A stretch of DNA of 64,000 bases from an uncultured SAR86 cluster bacterium (lineage in GTDB: Bacteria > Pseudomonadota > Gammaproteobacteria > Magnimaribacterales > D2472). The stretch covers positions 47,207 through 111,206 of the forward strand of contig CACMIG010000002.1 of assembly GCA_902613705.1 (NCBI GenBank). Direction: 5' to 3'. Shown here piece by piece: positions 39,943 through 49,725 of the stretch (its first letter is position 1; the number at the start of each line of letters is the position of its first letter). The translations under genes were made by a program, and so were the position numbers. The notes under the pieces were generated by a model that was not told where the DNA came from, made no database searches, and saw nothing but the letters and a program-made list of their open reading frames with translations.

Positions 39943-42615
39943 TTACGACTTAATAATTGATGATATCCAATCCTTAGTATTTTCAATTTTGTGTTTATTC
40001 CAATTAATTTGCAATTCAGAGCTACCTATATCTAAGTGATTATTTTTTATCCAATTCAGACTCCATAATAAATTTTTATATTGTGAAACATAATAAATTG
40101 GAGAAATCTTTGATTTAGATTCAATACCCAGAATTTCTGCAGGAATATGCGAATATCTATCAAATGGATCATATTGTAGGACTGGAATTTTTACCTGAAG
40201 AGCTTCCTCTATGGTGGTTGAGGAAAAACTAACTAATAAATCTGAAGCCAATAAATAATCTTCGAAAGTTCCTTCAAAGTATAATTCATAGCAATCAGAT
40301 TCAACGAATAATCTCCTGATATCATCCTGAGACATATCTTTCCAACCAAAACTTTTTAATCGAACCCTTATTGCAAGAAATACATCACTCATCTTTTCAA
40401 TAGATTTAATTAAATCGTTGATATGAGATATATATTCATCATGAGTTAGGCTTACAAAAGGTTGAAATGAATTCCATCCAAAAGGAGTTGCTGCATGAAG
40501 AATAATTTTTTTATGAAAGTTATTTGGGAATAAAGATTCTTTTAATTTCACCTTATCTTTATTTCCTCCATTTGCATATAGTAATGGTCCAGTTAATACT
40601 GGAGTCGAAGGATTATCTATACAGTTATTCAAAAACTTTTCCGTCCATGGTGTTTGGATTGAGACAAGTGGAAAATGAGTTTTAATCATAAAGCGTGCAT
40701 GCTCATTCCATTCTTTCTGTACCAATTTTTCTTTATGTGGAACATGTGTACCATGTGAAATAATCATTGCGTTTATATTTTCATTTTTACATTGTTCACC
40801 AATTGCATAATGATAACCAACTGCTTGATTTGTAAATACAAATGAAGGTCTTTTTGTTCTAATTATCCTTTGAAAGGCCATTGAGCCAAAAAAGGCTGTT
40901 TTAACTTTATTCTTTAAACCGTTATTTAAGTAATCTACTGTCAAGTTTTTAAGTGAAACACCATGAATTGAATAAATATCTCTATTTTCGTCAACACTTT
41001 TGAAAACTTTTTGTATAGCGATGTTGTAGTTATTAAGAAATTCATCTAATTTATTTTTTCTTAAAGGTGGAGGAAACCTTAGGAATTGTCCATTTTTCCC
41101 AAGTAAAATTGACAAAAATAAACTAAGTCCCTTTAAATTTGTTCCTCCAACACTAAATGGATTTTTAATTTTCTTTTTTAAGTAGTCCATAACTCTTGGT
41201 ATGTTGTATGTTGAGCTTGTTGCAAAAATGACGTTCTTATTATTACTGTAGAATTTATATAAAAATATTTGTACATTAAACATAAATTTATGAAATAAAT
41301 TAGAAATCTTTTGAGTTAACTTATTTTGTTTTCTTACATATGTTTTATCTACATCTCCCTCATATTCATATTCAAATTTTTTTACTTTTGCATAAAGTTC
41401 TCCCAAAAGGCCTATTAATGATGAATTAGGCTTTAAATGATCAATGATATCACTAGGGTTAATAGATCTTGGGAGAATAATTTTTTTAGGTTTAAAATAC
41501 TCTATGGAATTATGGAGTATAAAAATCAAAGAAGAGCAATAAAGGTAGTAATATCTTAAAAAACTCGAAAACTCTCTTTCATATGCATGCTCAACGCCAA
41601 CAAAATCCGTCAATTGAAAATTATCTCTAACATTAGAAATTATTTCATTTATTTTGGTCATAATAGCTATGTGGTCCTCATTTTTGAAGAAATTATTAGT
41701 GTTTAAGAATGGAATGCCTATTCTAATAAGCTCACTTTGAGCAGATGGCCCTATTGCAATAATTTGGTAGTTTTTCTGAAAATCACTTTTAATATAATAT
41801 TTCTTAAAAATTTCTACTTGAGCAGCCGTTTCAATATAAATAAGATTCTTTCCTTTTAAATAATTTGCATTCTCTCGATTGATTAAGTCATACTCCTTTT
41901 TGTAAGTTTTATTCTCTAATAATCTATTCAGTAAATTTAATTCTTTATTTGTGAGATGTCTTTTTTTACGAAAGCCCGATTTTAATCTTGGAAGATCAAG
42001 TTTTGAGCCTATAATATCTTCTAGATCTTTTACTAATTTATCCAGCTCTGAATATGAATAAACTTTATCAATAATAATTTCGTCGTTAACTGTGTATCTA
42101 TTCCAGTTTCTTGCGTATGCATGCTTTCGATCCTCTTCAAGCCATCTTGATAATGAAATTGTTTTTGCTAGAGATGGGTGTGGAAAAGGAAAATTAATAA
42201 AATTTGGTAAAAGGCTTTGAAATCTATTGATTAAGTTACGATATCTTGGCCATTTTATGCCATTCTTATTATGATAATAAACCGATAAGCTTTTCTCCCT
42301 TGGGTCTCTTTCTATTGAAAATTTATAATATGAATTCCAAATTGAAGACGGTATTTGCCCTTTAATTTCATATGCTTGTGCGTGCTCATAAAAAATACCA
42401 ATATTCCCTCTTGATACCATTTCATCATAATTACTACTATTTCGATAATTTCTTGCGCCTGATATTTTATCAACAACATTAATGTCTTTATCTTCAGCAA
42501 CAGGGGTAATAACATCATCGTTTCCAAGATGAGGTCTAAGAGCCATCTCTAAAGACGATCCAGCAACCTTTCCTGATTTAATAAATATAAATTTATGCTT
42601 GTGAGAAATTATCAT
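39943..42615 (-). CDS. Fusion of a sulfotransferase (family 2-like) and a GT-B-type transferase domain
   Basis: N-terminal FIFIKSGKVAGSS (5'-PSB loop) and KFSIERDPREKSLSVY (3'-PB); C-terminal SHG and DLLVSFSSTTIEEAL. Confidence 0.75.
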   Translation of the reverse strand: MIISHKHKFIFIKSGKVAGSSLEMALRPHLGNDDVITPVAEDKDINVVDKISGARNYRNSSNYDEMVSRGNIGIFYEHAQAYEIKGQIPSSIWNSYYKFSIERDPREKSLSVYYHNKNGIKWPRYRNLINRFQSLLPNFINFPFPHPSLAKTISLSRWLEEDRKHAYARNWNRYTVNDEIIIDKVYSYSELDKLVKDLEDIIGSKLDLPRLKSGFRKKRHLTNKELNLLNRLLENKTYKKEYDLINRENANYLKGKNLIYIETAAQVEIFKKYYIKSDFQKNYQIIAIGPSAQSELIRIGIPFLNTNNFFKNEDHIAIMTKINEIISNVRDNFQLTDFVGVEHAYEREFSSFLRYYYLYCSSLIFILHNSIEYFKPKKIILPRSINPSDIIDHLKPNSSLIGLLGELYAKVKKFEYEYEGDVDKTYVRKQNKLTQKISNLFHKFMFNVQIFLYKFYSNNKNVIFATSSTYNIPRVMDYLKKKIKNPFSVGGTNLKGLSLFLSILLGKNGQFLRFPPPLRKNKLDEFLNNYNIAIQKVFKSVDENRDIYSIHGVSLKNLTVDYLNNGLKNKVKTAFFGSMAFQRIIRTKRPSFVFTNQAVGYHYAIGEQCKNENINAMIISHGTHVPHKEKLVQKEWNEHARFMIKTHFPLVSIQTPWTEKFLNNCIDNPSTPVLTGPLLYANGGNKDKVKLKESLFPNNFHKKIILHAATPFGWNSFQPFVSLTHDEYISHINDLIKSIEKMSDVFLAIRVRLKSFGWKDMSQDDIRRLFVESDCYELYFEGTFEDYLLASDLLVSFSSTTIEEALQVKIPVLQYDPFDRYSHIPAEILGIESKSKISPIYYVSQYKNLLWSLNWIKNNHLDIGSSELQINWNKHKIENTKDWISSIIKS

Positions 42616-42621
42616 ATTTAA

Positions 42622-44397
42622 CTAAAGCTTTTCTGGTCCTAATATTTCATCTGGAGTCCCAGATTCAATAATCAAACCATTTTCAATTTTATATATACGA
42701 TCACAGAATCGTAAAGTTTCTGTTCTATGTGCGACAATAATCATTGTCTTAATACCTTTCATTTGGGTAATTTCACTAACCACTTCGGATTCTGTTTGTG
42801 AATCTAGGGCACTTGTAGCTTCATCAAACACTAATAAATCTCGAGAATGATAAATTGCTCTTGCAAGGGCAACCCTTTGTCTTTGTCCCCCAGATAACCT
42901 AATACCGCCTTCACCAATATTTGTCATAACTCCATTAGACAAATTATCTACTACATTTGATAATTGGGCTTTAGAAATACTTTTATTAAGATCGATATTG
43001 TCTTCATTATTGAATTCATCTAATTGAATATTTACACTTAATGTATCGTTTATCATAAGTGATTCTTGTGGTATGTATGCAATCAATTTTCCTAATTTTT
43101 GATTAATTTTTTCCAATGGCTCTCCATTAAGCTTAATTTCTCCAGTGTTTGGTTTTAAAAGCCCTAACAAAATATCAATCAGAGTTGTTTTACCAGATCC
43201 AGAAGAGCCGATTATTCCAATTGATTCTCCTTGATATATTTCAAGATTTATTCCATCTAGTACATTTTTATTAGTGTTTGGATATGAATATTTAATATTT
43301 TCTAAGGAAATTGATTCAAAGCTAACCTTGCTATCATTATTTTTTCTAAAGTCTATTTCTATCTTTTTAGTTGAATCGATTTCAATTTCTAAATCTATAA
43401 CAGCTTTATAGAGTCTATCTACAGTATTTTTTTGAGAGCGCAACTGTAAAATTGCAGTAGAGAGTACATTTATACCTGGAAGTAGTCTAATAGCTGCAAA
43501 TGCAAACATACCAAGTGTTCCAAAAATATCTGATGAATCTCCCGCCATAATTAGACTTGATGCAGAAATACTAAATACAAAAAAACTTATAATTGCAAGC
43601 TCAATGAAATATCTCGAACCAGTAATAATTAATTGTGAGTTTGCATGAAGGTCTCCATATATTTCAGCATTTCTAATAAACCTTTTGAAAAAAAAATTTT
43701 CTTTTCCAAGAACTCTCACTTCTTTAATTCCTTCCATAGATTGTTTTACAGATTGAACCAAATTAGCATTTGCAGTGTTAATTTTTTGGCCGTATGAAAC
43801 CATTCTAGATTTAAAGAAATTACCGTAAAGAGTTACAAGCAATCCAAGCACTGAAACTAAAATTAAGACCAATAATCCATTTATAAATAACAAGAAACAA
43901 AATAAAAATATAGCAAGAACAACTTCAGCAAATGCCTTCAATGTGTTGTATAGAACATTATTTGTAAAATACATAGAAAGAACAGTGGTGTTTGCTATCG
44001 CATCTGAACTATCATTTCCTATGAATTCTTCATAAGTCATATTTTGATATGTTTTCATTAAATCAGATCTCAAAGCAACTTGCATATCACGACAAAAAAA
44101 CAATATTTTTTTATTAATTAAGATTGCAAGTATGAATCTTAAAGAAAAAATTAGAATCATGCAGATACCAATAAATGAAAGTGGTGAAGTATTTATATTA
44201 AGTTCTTCAATTAATAATGATATGGAAGTTATTTCTGCTATTTTTGATTGATCCATGGCAATACCAATGTAAGGACCAAGAAGGCCTATACCTAATAAAT
44301 CCACCACAGCCAATATACAAAAATAAAATAAAAATAAAGGTAACTTTCTTTTATTTACTTGCAATATCGCTAATGATTTTTTAATTGTCGAAAAAAT
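42622..44397 (-). CDS. ABC-type glycan flippase (PglK/Wzk/MsbA-like), probable ATT start
   Basis: Transmembrane domain plus GSSGSGKTT, LSGGQRQR, DEATSALD. GAGGA lies 7 nt before an in-frame ATT at 44397; the ORF track starts at TTG 44364. Confidence 0.9.
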   Translation of the reverse strand: MFSTIKKSLAILQVNKRKLPLFLFYFCILAVVDLLGIGLLGPYIGIAMDQSKIAEITSISLLIEELNINTSPLSFIGICMILIFSLRFILAILINKKILFFCRDMQVALRSDLMKTYQNMTYEEFIGNDSSDAIANTTVLSMYFTNNVLYNTLKAFAEVVLAIFLFCFLLFINGLLVLILVSVLGLLVTLYGNFFKSRMVSYGQKINTANANLVQSVKQSMEGIKEVRVLGKENFFFKRFIRNAEIYGDLHANSQLIITGSRYFIELAIISFFVFSISASSLIMAGDSSDIFGTLGMFAFAAIRLLPGINVLSTAILQLRSQKNTVDRLYKAVIDLEIEIDSTKKIEIDFRKNNDSKVSFESISLENIKYSYPNTNKNVLDGINLEIYQGESIGIIGSSGSGKTTLIDILLGLLKPNTGEIKLNGEPLEKINQKLGKLIAYIPQESLMINDTLSVNIQLDEFNNEDNIDLNKSISKAQLSNVVDNLSNGVMTNIGEGGIRLSGGQRQRVALARAIYHSRDLLVFDEATSALDSQTESEVVSEITQMKGIKTMIIVAHRTETLRFCDRIYKIENGLIIESGTPDEILGPEKL

Positions 44398-44413
44398 TTT
44401 AGGTTCCTCTCAT

Positions 44414-46183
44414 TTACTCCATGATTAAATTATTGGCAATTTTGCCAATAACTTGAGGATTATACTTGGAATATTGATTATTAAAATCATTTATGACACT
44501 TTGCACTTTTTCGCTAAACCACCATTCATCTACATTATCCCATATCGCTGTTAAATGCTTTGCAGCATCTTCTGGAGAAAAATGTAATACTCCAACACTT
44601 TTTAAGCCCATAAAAAAATCATTAGCTTGATTATTAATCTCCCAATGTTCAGGATTCCAAAATAATATACTTGGCATATTAGCACTAAAGGTTTCTAAAT
44701 ATGTTGTAGCATTGTATGTTCCAATAAAAATGCGGGATTTTTTTAATGAATCTCTTAAAGAGTTTTTATTGTCATCAAAATTGATATCATGGAACTTGGA
44801 TTTCCATCTGTTTTTTTGGTCCCACTCACGATCTTTTGGGTAAACCCTTACTTTTAAGTTATTTCTTATGTGATTTGGAAGTGCTTCAGCAAATTTAAAC
44901 TGATCATTAAAATAATTTTCTACTTGTCCTGCAATTGGTACGCTATACAAATAGTAACTATATTTTGGTAACGTCATTAAGGCCATCAGCGCATCTCCAT
45001 TAGATTTATTTCTAATTTTTGTATGCTTTGATTTAAAATTTCCTACAGGCATTACCTTACTTTCATATTTATCATTCCAACCCCAAGAAAGCCATTTATT
45101 AGATATTTTGATTTGATGAGATTCATGAATTGCCATTGGAGTCATACCAAAATTCCCTCCATGTTGACCTATTACTAGTTTAGATCCAGATTCAATTTGT
45201 TGAGCAGACCAACACTTAAATACTTCATCCGAGGCATATGCGTTACTTGTAAATATGGATACTGGTGATTTTGGCCAACCCTGCGATTTTGAAGATTCCA
45301 CAAGAGTCTTAAATCCTTCAAGATAAATTTTTGGAATTAATTTAAAAATAATTTGGCCTAGTACATCTTCAAATCCATCAATTAATCCAGGCTTACAAAT
45401 AAAAAGAGTATTTTCTCGAAGTGGAGAGGTTTCATTGTAGTCAAAATCAGTATCATCTCTATACCATATAGCCGGGAATTGTTTTAATTTAATTTGTAAA
45501 AATATCAATTTAAAAATCGACATATGAGGAGCAATAATAAAAACACTCTTATCACCTAAAAAGATACTTGAAATAGTATTACTAAACTTTTTAATTAGTT
45601 TCTTTATAGAAAATTTTTTTGTTTTTACATTTTTAATGCTTTCTTCTAATAAATCGTATTCACCTGTTGAAGAAATTATAAATTTTGTACTAAAAAATTT
45701 ATCAGCTATTAAACTATAAAGTGCTTCATTCCAGATATCAGTTTCAATAGCTTGATTAAATCCGTCCATATCATTTACAAGTAATGACTGTGTATAATTT
45801 TGTAAAATATTTAATTTTAAAGATTCATCTTTCTTTGAGACTTCATTAAGCATATACCATCTATCAAATATTACTTGAATACATGTGAACAACCATGGGC
45901 CTATCAATATTCTCCAGAATCTTTCAGAAAAATCAGTGCCGTGAATATTGTTTAATTTTGAAACGAATTCTGTTAAATATTGCTCATATATTTGCTCAAG
46001 ATTTTTGTAATCATGGTATAACTTTTTACGATCGTCCCAATGATATTGAGAAATTTTAAAGTCTAAAGAAAACCAATAAGATTTTCGAGAAAACGAACAG
46101 CACCATGATCCCAAAAATAAAATTGGACCTTCTTTTGGCCACGTGGATTCTAATGCCGTAGTTACTAAAGTTTTATTGATCAC
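44414..46183 (-). CDS. LIC12162/TIGR04331-like putative transferase
   Basis: TTALESTWP, FLGSWC, YHWDDRKK, QHGG, YNATTYLE; GTG start overlaps the upstream TGA. Family assignment is from memory. Confidence 0.75.
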   Translation of the reverse strand: MINKTLVTTALESTWPKEGPILFLGSWCCSFSRKSYWFSLDFKISQYHWDDRKKLYHDYKNLEQIYEQYLTEFVSKLNNIHGTDFSERFWRILIGPWLFTCIQVIFDRWYMLNEVSKKDESLKLNILQNYTQSLLVNDMDGFNQAIETDIWNEALYSLIADKFFSTKFIISSTGEYDLLEESIKNVKTKKFSIKKLIKKFSNTISSIFLGDKSVFIIAPHMSIFKLIFLQIKLKQFPAIWYRDDTDFDYNETSPLRENTLFICKPGLIDGFEDVLGQIIFKLIPKIYLEGFKTLVESSKSQGWPKSPVSIFTSNAYASDEVFKCWSAQQIESGSKLVIGQHGGNFGMTPMAIHESHQIKISNKWLSWGWNDKYESKVMPVGNFKSKHTKIRNKSNGDALMALMTLPKYSYYLYSVPIAGQVENYFNDQFKFAEALPNHIRNNLKVRVYPKDREWDQKNRWKSKFHDINFDDNKNSLRDSLKKSRIFIGTYNATTYLETFSANMPSILFWNPEHWEINNQANDFFMGLKSVGVLHFSPEDAAKHLTAIWDNVDEWWFSEKVQSVINDFNNQYSKYNPQVIGKIANNLIME

Positions 46184-47013
46184 CAAATTGATCTTCCGCC
46201 ATCTACAACAATATTTTGCCCATTCATATACGAAGATGCATCTGAGCACAAATATTGCACGGTACCTCTATACTCATCAGAATTTGCCATCCTATTTAAA
46301 GGAATAAGTTCAGTTATTCTTTTAATAAATTGATCATCTTGATCATTAAAAACACCACCTGGTGACAATGAATTGCATCTAACGCCACTATTTGCCCAAT
46401 AAGTAGATAAATATCTAGTTAGTCCTATCAAACCAGTCTTTATTACAGAATATGTAACGGGCTTTACTTTCTGCATATTTTCAGCGACTCCATCCTGTTT
46501 ATAAAGCCTTTGATCAGGAGATATTACTGATAGATCTGATGCAATATTTAGTATAACTCCACCTTTATGATCTTCAGCCATTTTTGATCCAAATATCTGA
46601 CTGCATAAAAAAGCTCCTGCTAATCCTACATTTAATTCCAAATTCCATTGTTCAATATCAAAGTTTTCAAAACGTGTACTTTCATCCAATTCTTTTCCTT
46701 TTCTAACTTTTGGATCTATGGCTGCATTATTGATTAAAATATCAATACGAATATTTTCATTAGATAAATCCTCATAAACTTTCTGTATATCACTCTTTTT
46801 TGACACATCCATCTTTTTTAAAACAATATCTTCTTCTTTATAAAATTTAATTAACTTTTCTTTTGCTATTTCGAGACCTTTTTCAGAAATATCTGTTAAT
46901 ACAACTTTAGCTCCTAATTCAAGTAAGGCATGAGCATGTTCAATACCCAACAAACCGGATGCTCCTGTAATTAGAGCTGATTTTGTATTAAGATCAAATT
47001 TGGAAAGTGTCAT
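46180..47013 (-). CDS. Short-chain dehydrogenase/reductase (PtmA-like)
   Basis: TGASGLLG, INNAA, YSVIK, NSLSPGG, VVDGG. Confidence 0.88.
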   Translation of the reverse strand: MTLSKFDLNTKSALITGASGLLGIEHAHALLELGAKVVLTDISEKGLEIAKEKLIKFYKEEDIVLKKMDVSKKSDIQKVYEDLSNENIRIDILINNAAIDPKVRKGKELDESTRFENFDIEQWNLELNVGLAGAFLCSQIFGSKMAEDHKGGVILNIASDLSVISPDQRLYKQDGVAENMQKVKPVTYSVIKTGLIGLTRYLSTYWANSGVRCNSLSPGGVFNDQDDQFIKRITELIPLNRMANSDEYRGTVQYLCSDASSYMNGQNIVVDGGRSIW

Positions 47014-47024
47014 AGTATATTATT

Positions 47025-47780
47025 TTATGATCGGGTTTGACCTCCATCTGTGGTCACCACAGATCCTGTAACAAAATTAGACAAATCTGAACTCAACCAT
47101 ACAACCAAATTAGCAACATCCTCCGGAGTACCAAATTTTTCTAAAGGAACATTGTCTTTTAGCATTGATTTCACCGAATCAGGATTTTTTTCCATCTTCT
47201 TAGACCAAACAGAGTCCTCAAAATATATATTTCCTGGAGATACTGAATTTATTCTTATTTTATCTTTAGCTAATGGAAGTGAGATTGATCTCACGTAAGC
47301 ATTTAATGCTGATTTTGCAACTGAATATGTTACAGGTGCACCTGGTATAGTTTCATTTCCACAAATTGATGATATGCATACTATTGAACCTTGAGAATCA
47401 GCTAAAAATTTTTTTGATGCCTCTATTATATTTGTAGCACTAAAAAAATTAATATCAAAGATACGCAACCATTCTTCATATGTTTCCTCTCCAGGAGGAA
47501 CTGATGACCCGCTTCCAAGGTTACAAATAAGGATATCTAAACCTCCGAGTATTTCTACAGACTTATTAATTACAGTTTTAGCTTCTTTAGTTTCGGTAAG
47601 ATCTCCTGCTACTGCAAAGCAATTATTTATTGAACTAACAACATCTTCTAATTCATCTGTATTTCTTGAATTTATTACTACTTTAGCTCCCTCTTCCGAA
47701 AATCTTTTTGCTATTGAAAGTCCAATACCTCTTGAAGATCCTGAAATAAATACTTTCTTATCTTTTAAATTAAAGTCCAT
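47025..47780 (-). CDS. Short-chain dehydrogenase/reductase
   Basis: SGSSRGIG, YSVAK, NSVSPG, DGGQ. Confidence 0.88.
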   Translation of the reverse strand: MDFNLKDKKVFISGSSRGIGLSIAKRFSEEGAKVVINSRNTDELEDVVSSINNCFAVAGDLTETKEAKTVINKSVEILGGLDILICNLGSGSSVPPGEETYEEWLRIFDINFFSATNIIEASKKFLADSQGSIVCISSICGNETIPGAPVTYSVAKSALNAYVRSISLPLAKDKIRINSVSPGNIYFEDSVWSKKMEKNPDSVKSMLKDNVPLEKFGTPEDVANLVVWLSSDLSNFVTGSVVTTDGGQTRS

Positions 47781-48612
47781 AAATATCAACCCAATTTTCA
47801 GTCATTTTCTTATAGTAACCTAAAACTTTAGAATGTTCTTCATTAGTTGCTCTAGCAGTCTGTAAAATTAAATTACCTGCATATTTGAATTTACTTAAAT
47901 TTTTAAATACTTGATCAAATTTTGCATCACCGTCACCCAACGGAACAGTGCTGCCATTTAGAACCCTATCTTTGACATGAACATTAAGAATTCTATCACC
48001 ATATTCATTAAATTCATTGTTAACATCAAACCCTAATGAAGCACTATTGCCAATATCGTAATTAATCCCAAAAGTTTTTTTATCTAGCTGATTAATAAAG
48101 GATTTGAGTTCGGTGGGACTAAAATCAGACTCAAAAATTACTTGCAAGCCTCTACTGTTAATAGAGTCTTCTTTTTGTTGTAAAAAATTTATTAGTTCAT
48201 CTGATTGATTAGTATTTTCTATACGCCCGTTATCAACTAGAGGTAGAACAATCTTTGATATTCCTAGGTTTGCACATGCATCTAAAATATTCATAAAATC
48301 ATCTTGTAACATATTTTTTTCGGAGCCTTTTATCTTCCAAAATGGCGCCTGCATAAAACAATCTCCAGTTAAAGATAATATTCTTATATCGTTTTCCAGA
48401 CACAATTTCTTAATTTCCAATCGACCGGTTTCTATCATTAACGGATTTTCGTAAAGTCTTTCTTGATCAAGTGTCCACTCCATAATACTAAATCCTAGTT
48501 TATTGGCTAATTGAAATTCTTGACGCCAATTTTTCCAAGGAAATTCTTGAATTTTACCGTTAGTAATAGGCGATAATCTTCCTTGCATGAAGCCTATTCG
48601 AGAATTATTCAT
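47770..48612 (-). CDS. Sugar-phosphate epimerase/isomerase, AP-endonuclease-2 TIM barrel (UlaE-like)
   Basis: GFMQGRLS, FESD, NYDIGN, NVHVKDR, VPLGDG. Confidence 0.8.
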   Translation of the reverse strand: MNNSRIGFMQGRLSPITNGKIQEFPWKNWRQEFQLANKLGFSIMEWTLDQERLYENPLMIETGRLEIKKLCLENDIRILSLTGDCFMQAPFWKIKGSEKNMLQDDFMNILDACANLGISKIVLPLVDNGRIENTNQSDELINFLQQKEDSINSRGLQVIFESDFSPTELKSFINQLDKKTFGINYDIGNSASLGFDVNNEFNEYGDRILNVHVKDRVLNGSTVPLGDGDAKFDQVFKNLSKFKYAGNLILQTARATNEEHSKVLGYYKKMTENWVDIYGL

Positions 48613-48617
48613 TTTTT

Positions 48618-49292
48618 CTATAAAGGTTTATATGCGCATCCAACCAACATTAGTTCTCTAGACCATCGTAAAAACTTATTTTGAACACGCACAGGTATGA
48701 AAGGGCTTATTGCAGCACAAAAATAATTTAATATTGGATATTTCCATACAATAGGTAATTGGCGAAATTTAAAAACATTTATATTTTCGAAGTCACATAT
48801 TTTATAAATATCTTCTAATGATGGTTTTGTAAAAGGAGAAACATGGGTAAAGTCATCGAAATATGTTTTATAGTTTGATTCCCAGTCTGGTATTAAACAA
48901 AGTATCATGCCTCCTGGTTTAAGTATTCGATGAGCTTCACGTAAAAAAGTGTCAGGATGCCTTAAATGTTCCATAAAACTCTTGTTATAAATTACATCGA
49001 AGTGATTATCTGGAAAAGGTAAGCCCTCATCTGCTTCAACATCACAAACAACTAAATCTATATCATCTTCACTTAATAAATCTTTACATTCTTCGGATAT
49101 ATCAAGAGCAACCGCATCCATACCTAAATGCTTGAATACTCTTAAAAATTCACCACGACCAGATCCTGGTTCTAAAATTTTCATACCCTCTTTCATATTA
49201 AATCTATCAAATAAATGTTTTACCATTTTTGCAGGATAATCAGTAAAAGGACGAACGCCTTCTCCATATACAACTTTTAAATAATCTGCCAC
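48618..49292 (-). CDS. Class I SAM-dependent methyltransferase
   Basis: LEPGSGRG, LPFPDNHFDV, EHL, RILKPGG. Confidence 0.9.
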   Translation of the reverse strand: MADYLKVVYGEGVRPFTDYPAKMVKHLFDRFNMKEGMKILEPGSGRGEFLRVFKHLGMDAVALDISEECKDLLSEDDIDLVVCDVEADEGLPFPDNHFDVIYNKSFMEHLRHPDTFLREAHRILKPGGMILCLIPDWESNYKTYFDDFTHVSPFTKPSLEDIYKICDFENINVFKFRQLPIVWKYPILNYFCAAISPFIPVRVQNKFLRWSRELMLVGCAYKPL

Positions 49293-49723
49293 TATAACTC
49301 CTCAACTATTTCCATTAAAATACCGTCAATATCATGACAATACATGACTAGGAAACAACCATTATCAGACAACGCAGGTGGATTTACTATAGATCCTCCT
49401 AATTTTTTTATTTTTAAAGAGGTTTCTTCAATGTTTTTTACAGTAAATGCTACATGAGAACAGCCATGCTTATTTGAAGAATAATTTTCATTAGAAGGTG
49501 ATGTTGGGTGAGACTTATATTCTAATAATTCTAACAAAGATCCGTCATCTATCTTTAGTTTAGCTGTTTCAATTTCAGCACCGTTAATTCCAACTACTTT
49601 TGATAAAAATTCACCTTTTTCAAATTCGCGCTTCCATACCTGAAGACCGAGCTCCTCATAGAACTTTATGGATTTTTCTATGTCTTTGACGACTAGCCCA
49701 GTATGTCTTGTTTTAATGATCAT
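49292..49723 (-). CDS. VOC/glyoxalase-superfamily protein
   Basis: RHTGLVV, LELLEY, HVAFTV, D.DG..MEIVE metal ligands. Confidence 0.88.
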   Translation of the reverse strand: MIIKTRHTGLVVKDIEKSIKFYEELGLQVWKREFEKGEFLSKVVGINGAEIETAKLKIDDGSLLELLEYKSHPTSPSNENYSSNKHGCSHVAFTVKNIEETSLKIKKLGGSIVNPPALSDNGCFLVMYCHDIDGILMEIVEEL

Positions 49724-49725
49724 AA

